Shown here: in pieces, positions 9,067-18,780 of the stretch
How the letters are laid out: the number at the start of each line of letters is the position of its first letter
Numbering within the stretch: the stretch's first letter is position 1
DNA from: a virus
Lineage: Duplodnaviria > Caudoviricetes
Strand: one strand, 5' to 3'
Length of the DNA stretch: 34,756 bases
Virus record (IMG/VR): IMGVR_UViG_3300010271_000143
Coordinates: 1-34,756 of that record
Position numbers and translations under genes: made by a program
The notes under the pieces: generated by a model
Seen by the model: the letters and a program-made list of their open reading frames with translations, nothing else
Told to the model about the DNA's origin: nothing
The model's database searches: none

Positions 9067-9918
9067 CTACACCCCCGAGTATTTTGGATAAAACGATAAA
9101 ATACAACTGCTATTTGCATCTGATTCTGCTGCTGTGTACTCTAATTGGTTTTCTCCGACTCGCAAGCTGAAAAAATCACTATTTTCATCAACATAATGAA
9201 ATGCATTCTCTCCGTTTATACGTACATATTTATTACCATACTCAGTACCAATTTCTAATACATCTTCTGCCTCTATAGTCCTGTTTATTTTGATTTCTGC
9301 ACCGATAGTTGTATTTTTTATCGCTGGATTAACCAATTTACCTGTTAATTTCAAAAATACTGGTGCTTTCGTATCGCCTGGATTATTCACTATCATTTTC
9401 GTACCGACTTGCCCAAAATTGATTGGAAAGCTCATAGGAAAACTAAATCCACCTTCAAAACTGGCCAAACGAAAACTGATTGGTTCAATTTCAGTCCAAT
9501 AAGGATCCGGACAAAGTATATCGATTATAAAATTTTGATACTTGAATGTTTGTTGCTTTGAAAATTTAGGCCCTACTTCAACCTGACACTCTATTTGCCT
9601 TTTTATGTTCCCGTATTCATATATTATTTTTCCTTTAGACTTTGGAAAGAAAACTCTTAGCAATCTTGCCCTGTATGCTGCAATTTCCTCTTTAGACTTA
9701 CCTTTGATAGCTCCGGTTAATGTTAGTTCCCTATTCATTAGTCTTACATTAGTTACAGTGGACCCATCTTGGCCTATGCTTTGAACTCTTATTACTTCTG
9801 CTGTTATCCCGTCAACTCCGGATAGTTCTTGAAAAAAATAAGGGAAAGAATACGTTAATGATATACTTTCCCCGACTTCATTTATATATGTTACTTTTTC
9901 GTATCTATTTTTAAGCAT
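9067..9918 (-). CDS. Distal tail protein (Dit)
   Basis: GQDGS..RELTLTG, IDILCPDPYW, NPGDTKAP, FFSLRVGENQLEY; follows the tape measure gene. Confidence 0.9.
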   Translation of the reverse strand: MLKNRYEKVTYINEVGESISLTYSFPYFFQELSGVDGITAEVIRVQSIGQDGSTVTNVRLMNRELTLTGAIKGKSKEEIAAYRARLLRVFFPKSKGKIIYEYGNIKRQIECQVEVGPKFSKQQTFKYQNFIIDILCPDPYWTEIEPISFRLASFEGGFSFPMSFPINFGQVGTKMIVNNPGDTKAPVFLKLTGKLVNPAIKNTTIGAEIKINRTIEAEDVLEIGTEYGNKYVRINGENAFHYVDENSDFFSLRVGENQLEYTAAESDANSSCILSFYPKYSGV

Positions 9919-9929
9919 ATGCTCAACCC

Positions 9930-12827
9930 CTAATATCCAAGCGCTAAATCTCTCTGAGTCTTTTGTATTTGCCTACCTAATTCAATCGGATTCGGCTGCG
10001 GATTGTACACGTTTATTATGGTATTACCGCCTTTTTGTTTTTCAGAAGCTTCTTGGTAATAAGGTTCTATGATTCTTTTTGCCTGTTCGGTTGCATAATC
10101 AAATATATCTTTTTCTGAATATCCAAATTGTTTTAATATCTGTGCCTCTTGAATTGTTGACCTGAAAGCAGCCTGAAAATCTCTTTGATAAGAAGTAGCT
10201 TTTTCTTTTTGAACTCTATTCCGCTCTGCTAGAGCAGCTGTTTCTAACTTTAATGCGTCTGTGGTTTCATATATTTCATTCTTCAGTTTTTCGTATGCTA
10301 TTTTCTCTTCAAGCAGCTTTTGTGTATACTCTTGCGCTTGCTTTGAACTTTCTCCGAATTCATATATAATATCATTAAGTGCTTGTTCTGTCACCTTAAT
10401 ATTTTCTGCCAATATAGCTAATTGTTTCTCCTGCGCTTGTAATTTCATGTTTAATGCTTCTGCAGTACCCTCTAAATCTTTATTTTGTAGTTCCCAAAGT
10501 TCTAATTCTTTATTAATAATACTAATAGCCAAATTTGTATTTTCTTTAACTTTGTTAAATGCTTTATTGATTATTTCAGCCATGTTTAAAACTGCTTCCT
10601 CAGGTTTTTTACTATTATCCTCTATACCCTTTGCAAGCCCTTCTGCAATATACCTGCCATATTCGGCCATTAACTTACTTGGCGACTCAATTCCAAAGAA
10701 TTCTTTGATTGTTTTCCCTATTCCGGATACAAAACCTGTAACTTTATCCTTAATCCATTGTGCCATACTACTTATGCCATTCCATAGTCCTGTTACAATG
10801 TCTTTGCCAAATTGTACAAAAGCGCCTAATTTTTCTTTTATATCTAGTAATAGATTATCAACCCATTCCCGGAATTGTGGATTGATATTATATAACAGCT
10901 TTACTGCTCCAGCTATCGGATTTGTAATGAACAGTAATATTTCTTGCCAGTTATTCTTAAAAAAGTCCACAACAAGCTTAAATGCATTAGGAATATCTTC
11001 TTTAAAAAGTTTTACAATCCAATCCCATACTGATATTGCAGCATTTTTAATAGCATCCCAAGCACCAATTATGCTATTTCTAAAATCTTCATTAGTATGC
11101 CACAATGTTACCAATCCCGCTGTCAATGCTGCTACCGCTGTAATGATAATTCCTATTGGACTTGCGCCTTGAACAGCATTTAAGGCTGCTTGTGCAATGG
11201 TCATGCCTTCAGTTGCTGCTTTCCATTTTTTCATAGCTTCTACAACAGCATTTACAGTAGTCATAACTTTCCACCCAGCCATTGCAGTAGCGATTGCTGC
11301 GGCTCCAGCTGCAATATTCCCTGCATTATCTATTAGCCAAGTGAATCCATCAACTATTGGTTGCGTATCTACATCCTTAAGCTTTTCTGACCATTCTTTT
11401 ATTTTAGGCAATAACTGTTCTCCGATTGTTATTGCTACATCCTGCAAGTTATTTTTTAAAATTTGTATTTGGCTTGCTGTGGTCGAATAACGTTGTTCAG
11501 CTTCATTCGATAAAGCTGTATTTTCTTCCCAAGCCTGAGTACCTATTGCAAGTGATTCAGAAAATAAATCACTTGCACCTGCTGCTCTTAATAATGCATC
11601 TCTTAATCTTACTTCTGATATTCCCATATCATCAAGTATTTTAATTGCAGAAAGCCCTCTTTCTTCAGCACTTCCTAAGCCCTGAATGAATGCAATTATT
11701 GCACTTGCAGCATCTTCTTGAAACGCTCTTCTAAATTCTTCACTTGTCATTCCTGCAACCTGTGCGAATTCACTCAATCGTTTGCTATTCGTTTCAACTG
11801 CTAGCTGCATATCCACCATAACTTTTGAAAATGCAGAACCTCCAGCCTCGGCCTCGATTCCAACGGATGAAAAAGCAGCGGCAAAAGACATTATTTGAGC
11901 TTCTGTCAACCCTATCTGAGCACCAGCGCCGGCTAATCTTTGCCCCATACTTACAATATCAGCTTCTGTTGTAGCAAAATTGTTTCCTAAAGCAACTATT
12001 GTGCTGCCAAGCCTATCGAAATTTTCCTGGTTCATTTGTGTAATATTTGCAAATTTGGCAAGTGCACTTGCGGCTTCTTCTGATGATAGATTCGTTGCTT
12101 CACCCAAATCTATCATTGTTCTTGTAAATCCTAAAATATTTGGTGTTTCGATACCTAATTGTCCTGCTGCTTCTGCTACTTCTGCAATAGCTGTCGCTGA
12201 AGCAGGTATTTCCTTTGACATTTCTCTTATTCCCTTGCTTAATTCTGCCAATTGTTCCTCTGTTGCATTCACGGTTTTCTTCACACCCGCAAAAGCACTT
12301 TCATAATCAATTGCTGCTTTTGCAGATCCTATAACAGTACCCGTTATAGTTGTAGCTGCTGTTATAGCTGCTTTTTTGATTACATCAAAAACACCTTGTA
12401 ATTTTTCTTGAGCGTTTTTAAATTCTTCGCTATTTTTAAATGCCTCTATTTGTGATTTTGCGTAATTCTTCATTGCTTCTTCATTTTCTTTTAGCTCTTT
12501 TTCCATTTTGTTTAGCTCGGCTGTTGCTTTATTTACTTGTGCTTGCCAACCTTGCGTTACCCGATCATTTTCTCCATATTTATTGCTTGCAGCTTCAAGA
12601 CCTTTTTGCAGTTCAGCTAATTTTTGTTTTTGTACATCAATTTGTTTATTTAACACCTCATTTCTTGCTGTCAAAGCTCGTATGCTTTTGTCGCTTTCAT
12701 CAAATTGACTAGCTACCGCTTTCATTTCATAGCCTAGAGCTTTCATTGTTGCATTTATATCCTGTATGGCTTTCCTAAACTCTTTTTCACCTTCTATTCC
12801 AATTCGAGGACCGATGTCGTATGCCAT
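9930..12827 (-). CDS. Tail tape measure protein (TP901-type core)
   Basis: 965 aa alanine-rich helical protein; AIDYESAFAGVKKTV..AGQLGI..LGNNFATTE core; W/F-spaced repeats; GIESPSK motif. Confidence 0.97.
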   Translation of the reverse strand: MAYDIGPRIGIEGEKEFRKAIQDINATMKALGYEMKAVASQFDESDKSIRALTARNEVLNKQIDVQKQKLAELQKGLEAASNKYGENDRVTQGWQAQVNKATAELNKMEKELKENEEAMKNYAKSQIEAFKNSEEFKNAQEKLQGVFDVIKKAAITAATTITGTVIGSAKAAIDYESAFAGVKKTVNATEEQLAELSKGIREMSKEIPASATAIAEVAEAAGQLGIETPNILGFTRTMIDLGEATNLSSEEAASALAKFANITQMNQENFDRLGSTIVALGNNFATTEADIVSMGQRLAGAGAQIGLTEAQIMSFAAAFSSVGIEAEAGGSAFSKVMVDMQLAVETNSKRLSEFAQVAGMTSEEFRRAFQEDAASAIIAFIQGLGSAEERGLSAIKILDDMGISEVRLRDALLRAAGASDLFSESLAIGTQAWEENTALSNEAEQRYSTTASQIQILKNNLQDVAITIGEQLLPKIKEWSEKLKDVDTQPIVDGFTWLIDNAGNIAAGAAAIATAMAGWKVMTTVNAVVEAMKKWKAATEGMTIAQAALNAVQGASPIGIIITAVAALTAGLVTLWHTNEDFRNSIIGAWDAIKNAAISVWDWIVKLFKEDIPNAFKLVVDFFKNNWQEILLFITNPIAGAVKLLYNINPQFREWVDNLLLDIKEKLGAFVQFGKDIVTGLWNGISSMAQWIKDKVTGFVSGIGKTIKEFFGIESPSKLMAEYGRYIAEGLAKGIEDNSKKPEEAVLNMAEIINKAFNKVKENTNLAISIINKELELWELQNKDLEGTAEALNMKLQAQEKQLAILAENIKVTEQALNDIIYEFGESSKQAQEYTQKLLEEKIAYEKLKNEIYETTDALKLETAALAERNRVQKEKATSYQRDFQAAFRSTIQEAQILKQFGYSEKDIFDYATEQAKRIIEPYYQEASEKQKGGNTIINVYNPQPNPIELGRQIQKTQRDLALGY

Positions 12828-12841
12828 ATTCTCACCTGCCT

Positions 12842-13096
12842 TTATAAGGGGATAACATCATCGATTGTAACTTCTTTCGTCAAGCTTTCATATGTTATAC
12901 CTTTCAACCTCATTATTAATTCATTATCAAATGTCTTTTGGTAAGCTTTATACAACTTCCAAAACTTCCGCCACGTCATATGTCCAACCTGTTTTTCAGT
13001 AAAACCCAGTTTATTCATGCCAATATACAAAACCCACGCAAAATCAATTTTTATCTCTCCGATTGGTTCTGATTCTGCGTGGGTATCGTGTTTTTT
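12842..13096 (-). CDS. Tail assembly chaperone T segment (expressed as a G-T fusion via -1 frameshift)
   Basis: The -1 frame from the slippery site is open: KKHDTHAESEPIGEIKIDFAWVLYIGMNKLGFTEKQVGHMTWRKF...; joins the ORF-track ORF 12842..13030. Confidence 0.8.
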   Translation of the reverse strand, partial: KKHDTHAESEPIGEIKIDFAWVLYIGMNKLGFTEKQVGHMTWRKFWKLYKAYQKTFDNELIMRLKGITYESLTKEVTIDDVIPL

Positions 13097-13437
13097 TCTT
13101 CATCTGTTTTTACAGATTCAATTGTTAAACTTTGAATTAACGCCGGTCCATCTTTTAAACCTAGTGCGGATACAATTCTGCCTACTTGCTTATGACTTAA
13201 AAAAGCTCTTTTTTCGCCTTTTTCTTCATTCTCAATATCAATACCTTCATTAATCATTTCTTTAAAAATCCATATAAGATCTTTAATTTTTATTTCTTCG
13301 CCTTCACCTGGTTCTAAAGCATTCATCCATTTTTCCATACTTCCATACTCTTGTTGTATGGCCTCCATAACATTTAAAGTAAAAGCTATTGGATATTGTT
13401 GCCCATTAACCGTAATATGTTTTAAAGTATCTAACAT
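13051..13437 (-). CDS. Tail assembly chaperone G
   Basis: Between major tail protein and tape measure; YPIAFTLNVMEAIQQEYGS motif; ends EEKN at the slippery site. Confidence 0.85.
   Translation of the reverse strand: MLDTLKHITVNGQQYPIAFTLNVMEAIQQEYGSMEKWMNALEPGEGEEIKIKDLIWIFKEMINEGIDIENEEKGEKRAFLSHKQVGRIVSALGLKDGPALIQSLTIESVKTDEEKNTIPTQNQNQSER
13090..13096 (-). promoter_or_regulatory. Programmed -1 ribosomal frameshift site A-AAA-AAC
   Basis: X-XXY-YYZ heptamer, in frame near the 3' end of the chaperone G gene. Confidence 0.8.
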
Positions 13438-13453
13438 AACAACCCTCCTATTT

Positions 13454-13484
13454 CAAAAGAGGATGATATAAAATCACCCTCTTT
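13454..13484 (-). terminator. Hairpin/terminator after the major tail gene
   Basis: AAAGAGGGTGAT-TTTAT-ATCATCCTCTTTT on the minus strand. Confidence 0.6.
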
Positions 13485-13493
13485 CTGTTATAG

Positions 13494-14021
13494 TTATGCA
13501 ATTCCTGCTTTTTGATTAAGATATGCCTTTGCTTCATCTTCCGTATCAAATGTGTTTTCCATTTTCCAGTCTCCGTTTTCATCTACCATTATTGTTCCTT
13601 CCAATACAGGCGTATTAAAAGTTACTGTTTCACCTTTTGTTGAATTAGTATCTGCCGGCTCTGCAAATTGGACCGCCGGAAGCCATATTGCCCTATACTT
13701 TCTTACACCATTCACTATCTTTACCCCATAAAAGCCTATTCCAACGATCGGACTCTCATCATCTTTATTAGCTGTTAATTCGCCTGTAGTTTCATCAATT
13801 TTATGCCCTAAAAATTCTGTTTGAATAGTATCACTTAAATCATCAACCCCAAGCGTAATAGTCCCTGACTGAAAAGACTTATCACTTTCTGCTAATACAT
13901 CATCAGCATATAGCTTAACATCGCTATATGTGATTGATATATCCGCTTGTATAGCTTTCGCTATAACCCCAGAGTTTGACTTACTTTTATATACCGGATA
14001 TTTTAACCCTATTTTGGCCAT
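13494..14021 (-). CDS. Major tail protein, phi13 family (likely start ATG 14021)
   Basis: MAKIGLK..KLYADD..ITLGVDDL..VGIGFY..WLPAVQFAEP..TKGETVTFNTP; RBS AAGGAGG. Confidence 0.92.
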   Translation of the reverse strand: MAKIGLKYPVYKSKSNSGVIAKAIQADISITYSDVKLYADDVLAESDKSFQSGTITLGVDDLSDTIQTEFLGHKIDETTGELTANKDDESPIVGIGFYGVKIVNGVRKYRAIWLPAVQFAEPADTNSTKGETVTFNTPVLEGTIMVDENGDWKMENTFDTEDEAKAYLNQKAGIA

Positions 14022-14034
14022 CTTATTTACCTCC

Positions 14035-14460
14035 TTACAATGCATAAATTGTTAATTCTATATCTAATGTTTTTCCCATTTCTTCGATTGCCTTTTTCTT
14101 AACCCTATTTACCGCCGGTCTTACAAACGGTCTTTTAGGTTGAGTGCTGGTACCGCTTTCCATCGCCCTGGCTTTTAATGCGTTTGGCACACCTTTTCGG
14201 TCATATCCATCAAAGCCGATCTTTGTGTTTGTATTACCCATCGAATCAATATCCGGTGGAGCAATACCAAAAGAATCTAATAAATCACCAGTAGAATATT
14301 TCGAACCGGCCAAATTTTTTTCAAGTTCTTTTCTTATTTCGTCTGCAATAGGATTAGCTCCAGCCATAACTACTTTTTTTGCAATCTCCGGAGCATCTTT
14401 CCCAAACTTTGAAAGCTTTAAAGCATATTCGTCCAGTCCTTTGATTGTCATTCTTGCCAT
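14035..14460 (-). CDS. HK97 gp10-like tail completion/neck protein (likely start ATG 14460)
   Basis: IKGLDE..AGANPIADEIR..TGDLLDS..ESGTSTQPKRPFVRPAV. Confidence 0.88.
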   Translation of the reverse strand: MARMTIKGLDEYALKLSKFGKDAPEIAKKVVMAGANPIADEIRKELEKNLAGSKYSTGDLLDSFGIAPPDIDSMGNTNTKIGFDGYDRKGVPNALKARAMESGTSTQPKRPFVRPAVNRVKKKAIEEMGKTLDIELTIYAL

Positions 14461-14777
14461 TATATCAACTCCCACACCCATTCATAATGGATATAACCGG
14501 TATCATCTTCATGCTGTATAGAATTCAAACGCCATGATATTTCTGCTTCTGTAAGTTTGTCTTGAATTTGCTCAACAACAGGGTCATATTCAGTTTTTGT
14601 GAAATAATCAATTGTACCTTGAATTGAAAAGTCTTCTTTTTTATCATCCGCATTAAGCGAATTTCCTTCGGAATCTTCTGCCCACACGATATAGTTTCCA
14701 GTTTGGCCGGTAGCAGAATAGTGAAATACTGGCGGACCTATGGAAACTAGAATATTTTTCAAATCATTCAATGTCAT
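14460..14777 (-). CDS. Putative tail terminator protein
   Basis: Position; YIVWAED..GTIDYFTKTEYDP..EDDTGYIHYEW pattern. Confidence 0.75.
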   Translation of the reverse strand: MTLNDLKNILVSIGPPVFHYSATGQTGNYIVWAEDSEGNSLNADDKKEDFSIQGTIDYFTKTEYDPVVEQIQDKLTEAEISWRLNSIQHEDDTGYIHYEWVWELI

Positions 14778-15114
14778 ACGGCGTCACCACCTTCACAAGA
14801 GTAAGGTCTGTGATCGGTTCTCCACTCTCTTCATCAATGCCGTGATATGCTCTGGTAACTTTGTATTGTTCGCCATCAGCCAGAATAACAATGTTGTGAT
14901 TGGTAATGCTCCGATTCTGGAGGATGCGGATTCGAGCTGATGTTTCAACCATTTCTTGCATGGCTGCATCTTTTGGAACCGTTTCAAAATTAAGTTCACC
15001 ATACCAAGATTCATATTTTGGTGTCAGCGTCATCTTCGGCATATCACCTGGTGATGCTACGTTTTTGATGTCATAGACAGTACAGATGCCTCTATCCAGA
15101 ATCACTGCTGACAC
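14764..15114 (-). CDS. Head closure / head-tail joining protein
   Basis: Position after the connector; beta-rich, DGEQYKVTR..TDLTL C-terminus. Confidence 0.75.
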   Translation of the reverse strand: MSAVILDRGICTVYDIKNVASPGDMPKMTLTPKYESWYGELNFETVPKDAAMQEMVETSARIRILQNRSITNHNIVILADGEQYKVTRAYHGIDEESGEPITDLTLVKVVTPYDIE

Positions 15115-15385
15115 GCTCCTTCAGCCACCGCTCACGCCTGGCCAGACGCAACCATTCAGGCATGCCGGCATTCTGGTCCCTGTTCTGGTACCGCCACACT
15201 ACATAGTCAGCCAATAGAACCTCATCATCCACATTTCCGGCGACAAGTTTGATACCTATCCTGTCAAGCTCAGCATCTGCCGCTTCTATTCTTTTCTTCA
15301 GATAGTCATCCAAGGATGTATCAGAGGCCAGGCGGTTCAGCCTGGCCTTGACAATTCCAAGAACGGTTTCTTCGGTGTATGCCAT
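15092..15385 (-). CDS. Head-tail connector (gp6-like)
   Basis: Helical 97 aa, LDDYLKKRIEAA..L..GI..DYVVWRY..MPEWL pattern. Confidence 0.8.
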   Translation of the reverse strand: MAYTEETVLGIVKARLNRLASDTSLDDYLKKRIEAADAELDRIGIKLVAGNVDDEVLLADYVVWRYQNRDQNAGMPEWLRLARRERWLKERVSSDSG

Positions 15386-15391
15386 ATGGCA

Positions 15392-15571
15392 TCACTCCTT
15401 ACTCTTTTTAGGCTTTACAGCTTTGGACGTTATAAAATTTGACGCTTCTTTTGTCCTTTTGATATATCCCTTTTGTATCATCTCATCCAAGTATTTACCA
15501 TCATATTCATCGCCAACATGGTATATCCTGCCGGTATATGGGCATTTAAACCCACCTATCACTCTATGCAT
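15392..15571 (-). CDS. Small 59-aa head-associated protein missed by the ORF track (MHRVIGGFKCPYTGRIYHVGDEYDG...KPKKSKE)
   Basis: Translated by hand; RBS GGAGGG; fills the gap between capsid and connector; Y-x-x-G-D motif common in genes at this position. Confidence 0.75.
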   Translation of the reverse strand: MHRVIGGFKCPYTGRIYHVGDEYDGKYLDEMIQKGYIKRTKEASNFITSKAVKPKKSKE

Positions 15572-15585
15572 GCTCTATCCCTCCA

Positions 15586-17022
15586 TTACTGATTAGCACT
15601 ATCCTGCGGGAAAGTAATTGAAGTTGTCGGAGCAGTATTGTTAATATTCACAATGACAAATCCTTCGCCGAACACAGGCATACCATCATAACGGGCAGTG
15701 CCACGGAATACAGTTTGGTCCTCAGTAAACTTCACATGTTCGGAAGATGCAAGATTTGCGCCAGCCCTTTCAGCAAGCAGATACAAATCTCCATAACCAC
15801 CAATAATGTCGTTATCAGGCACAAACGGCAATTCAACAATATCACCGCCTTCAATCGGCATGGTGCTGTTGACGCCAGCAACAAGCGCACCGGCAGCATT
15901 GAATGTTACAGCTTTAGATAACAGTTTCATTCTGGTCTTTCTGTTCATAGCCCAGAATGTACCCCCAGCGCTGTAGTTGGGCTCTGCAACTCCAAGATAC
16001 AGAAGAAGTTCTGCAAAGAATTCCTGAGAAGTCATTCCGGTGGGGTCAAACTTTATCAAATTAGTTTCACTGAGATTGGTCCATTCAGGAGCATTTGCAC
16101 CCCAGTTTGACGGTTTTTCGGTTTGTGCAAGTCTTGTTGCAATACCAAGAGGCATTTTCACACCGGTACCATACAGTATGGCTTTATCTACTGCAAGCCC
16201 AATAGCTTGACCAAGTACATCCATAATTTCATTGGCAAGATTAAGGTCGCTATCTTCAAGCGTTGGATTCGGAATTGCGATAAACCCGCCTACTTTGTAT
16301 CCGTCAACTTCAACCTGGTTAAGACCGAAACTCAATTCATTCAGCTTGCCAACAGCTTCTGTCCAAATTCCTTCCGGTACCGCACCCATGATATTCTGAC
16401 GAGCTTTACCTCCAACGGGTTTGACACGGATTTTTGTAATAAGCTTACTGTATCTATAAAGATTGTCTCTCAGCAAATCCAGCATTACATCAGGAATGGT
16501 TAATTCAGCACCGGTAACAGCCCTTTTTTCACCTTTAAATTCGCGAACACGAACCAAAAATTCTTTTACGTCCTCTCGATTAATAAAAGTATCAATCTCA
16601 CTTCTATTCATGCCTTGAAAAAATCCTCTTCTCATTCTTACCTCTCCACCTTCCTCTTTTTTTCTTTCATGACTTTCAATTTTTGGTACAGGGTTTGACG
16701 CCCTGCTGTTAAGCTCATCGAGCTCTGCTTGAAGCTTTTGGATTTCATTCTCTAATTTTTGCTTTTCATCTTCATGCTGTTTGAGTTCCTCGTTAAATGT
16801 TTCCTGCTCTTTCTCAAATGCCTCAACCGATTCATCAACAGCATTCTTGTCCTCTTCCGGAGTTTCATCCGTAATTTCATTGATAGCTTCCTCTAATTCT
16901 GCCTCGCGTTTCTGAAGTTCAGCTTTTCGCTGTTCAAAATCTGCATCCTTTGATTTGAGATCTTCAAGTTTCTTTCTCAAATCCTGAATTTTCTTAGTTA
17001 TTACTAATTGTCTCAATGCCAT
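15586..17022 (-). CDS. Major capsid protein, HK97 fold, with an N-terminal coiled-coil delta (scaffold) domain
   Basis: ~130 aa E/K-rich coiled coil, then TIPD..LEDSDLNL..DKAILYGTG..P.GI, F..DQTVFRGTARYDG. Confidence 0.96.
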   Translation of the reverse strand: MALRQLVITKKIQDLRKKLEDLKSKDADFEQRKAELQKREAELEEAINEITDETPEEDKNAVDESVEAFEKEQETFNEELKQHEDEKQKLENEIQKLQAELDELNSRASNPVPKIESHERKKEEGGEVRMRRGFFQGMNRSEIDTFINREDVKEFLVRVREFKGEKRAVTGAELTIPDVMLDLLRDNLYRYSKLITKIRVKPVGGKARQNIMGAVPEGIWTEAVGKLNELSFGLNQVEVDGYKVGGFIAIPNPTLEDSDLNLANEIMDVLGQAIGLAVDKAILYGTGVKMPLGIATRLAQTEKPSNWGANAPEWTNLSETNLIKFDPTGMTSQEFFAELLLYLGVAEPNYSAGGTFWAMNRKTRMKLLSKAVTFNAAGALVAGVNSTMPIEGGDIVELPFVPDNDIIGGYGDLYLLAERAGANLASSEHVKFTEDQTVFRGTARYDGMPVFGEGFVIVNINNTAPTTSITFPQDSANQ

Positions 17023-17609
17023 TTTTTTAACCTCTCCTTTCTTTCATTTTTCCATTTTTCTATTTGTCTCTTTTTAATTTGTTCAAAATCTTTCTTCCGG
17101 GCCTGCACAGAGGTGTCTTCGTAGGCTGGGAATGTAACAACTGAAACTTCATAAAGCTTAACGCGCTTGATTGTCCAGTGAACCGATCCATCGTCGTTAT
17201 ATGCAGTATCTTCTTCAAGAATGTCAAAACCAAAGCTACACTGGTTCACGTCTCCACGCTCAACTCTGGCATACAAGTTCATGGCATCCTGGTCCTTTTC
17301 GTTAATTTCAATACGCCCCCACAGTCCACGACTATCAACTTTGAGCTCAAGAGTACCAGCCTTATTTCGTCCAAGCACTAACGTCGTATCATGATTAATC
17401 AACGCCCGAATGTCATCACTTAAAGCATCATCAAAAGCATGTGGATCAATGCTCTCTGTAGCTCCCGGCCAAAGTTCATATGTATCGCCAAATACTGCGA
17501 AATAACCTTCAATGTACTTTTTATTATCAGTTTCTGCAGCCCGAAATTGTGTAGCTTGGCATCGCATTTGTCGAATCGATCTATCCTTCTCCACCTTCAT
17601 CACCTCCAA
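17013..17609 (-). CDS. HK97-family prohead protease (true start probably a few codons downstream)
   Basis: IEGYFAVF, LINHD..LGR, RGDVNQCSFGF, EVSVVTFPAY motifs. Confidence 0.95.
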   Translation of the reverse strand: MEVMKVEKDRSIRQMRCQATQFRAAETDNKKYIEGYFAVFGDTYELWPGATESIDPHAFDDALSDDIRALINHDTTLVLGRNKAGTLELKVDSRGLWGRIEINEKDQDAMNLYARVERGDVNQCSFGFDILEEDTAYNDDGSVHWTIKRVKLYEVSVVTFPAYEDTSVQARKKDFEQIKKRQIEKWKNERKERLKKWH

Positions 17610-18780
17610 TCAGCTTTTTCTGTTGACCAAGCATGCTGGCCGGAATATAATTTTCAAGAGCAAGCAACTCATCCATCTCAGGATCCGGGGACATTCCAAT
17701 CCAGTCACGCCACTCATTCCTACGCATAGCCATACGGTCCACCATTGCAGAACCGGCGGATACAATATCTTGCAAACTATACGAATACAAACTTCGTGGA
17801 TTAAACCGCCAGTATAGGTCTGGCGAGTACAGAAGTTTCCGGGTAAGTTCCTGTTCAATGGCCTTTGCTTTTCCAAGTATCCTGGAACCAATGAAATTGT
17901 TGTATTCTTCCCGGTCAAAACTACCAACGCCAACTAAAAAAGGCGGTACGCCGAATATTCCGGCAACCGTCCTTTTGTCGAGCTCTATATTTTTTGCTAT
18001 AGCAAGATCATTAAGTGTTAATGGTTTAACCTGTTCTACACTGAAAGCTTCTGCTGGGATAAACCATGGCCGACCGTTTTCACTGGCATCAAGGTACTGC
18101 TCGGATAACTTTTTTCGTCCCTCTTTGCTTGCAAATTCCTCTGTCAATCCATCGACTTTTACAATGATTGAAGGAGCTGGACTTTCAAGTAATGCTTGCT
18201 TTGTGGCAGTAGCTTGTTTTAGTCCCTTAACAATATCCCTCAATACTACCTTATAACCTGTGCCTACCCATGGCCGTTCAGGGTTTGGATTAATTACAAA
18301 GTGCAGAACCTCGTCCGGAGAAAAAGTTTTATCTCCATACCTGATTATATAACCATCGGCAGTATCTACAAATGTAACCTGTGAAGGCTTTAAAGGTTCC
18401 AAATTTTCCAAATATCCATCTGCCGTATACCTTGGATACGTAACCTGGTTCCCATTTCCTTCTAACATTAAAGTCCAAACAAGATTATATATAAAAGCCT
18501 TTCGAGTCATCCATTTATTTGGTTCAATATCAAGCTTTCTGGACAATTCGTTCTTTACTCTTACATCCCCCCGGTCTGTGTTCTGCATAAGATATATGGT
18601 CATATTACTAATTAAATCCGCATATATATCTACACACATTTTCACTTCCGGACAATTAGCAAGCTTTGTGTATCCATTTGTGACCAGGATATCATATGCA
18701 TCCGGTGAGCAAAGCCATACCATACTTCTTTTCTGTGGAGCGTCTCTACTCTGATTATTGGGTTTTCTTTTTTTACTCAT
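17581..18780 (-). CDS. Portal protein (HK97 family)
   Basis: [41 protein letters not shown]. Confidence 0.95.
   Translation of the reverse strand: MSKKRKPNNQSRDAPQKRSMVWLCSPDAYDILVTNGYTKLANCPEVKMCVDIYADLISNMTIYLMQNTDRGDVRVKNELSRKLDIEPNKWMTRKAFIYNLVWTLMLEGNGNQVTYPRYTADGYLENLEPLKPSQVTFVDTADGYIIRYGDKTFSPDEVLHFVINPNPERPWVGTGYKVVLRDIVKGLKQATATKQALLESPAPSIIVKVDGLTEEFASKEGRKKLSEQYLDASENGRPWFIPAEAFSVEQVKPLTLNDLAIAKNIELDKRTVAGIFGVPPFLVGVGSFDREEYNNFIGSRILGKAKAIEQELTRKLLYSPDLYWRFNPRSLYSYSLQDIVSAGSAMVDRMAMRRNEWRDWIGMSPDPEMDELLALENYIPASMLGQQKKLIGGDEGGEG

Noticed and set aside
10261-12712. Long plus-strand ORFs (303, 97, 108 aa etc.) opposite the tape measure gene
   Set aside because: Shadow frames of a real gene; no RBS or recognisable motifs.
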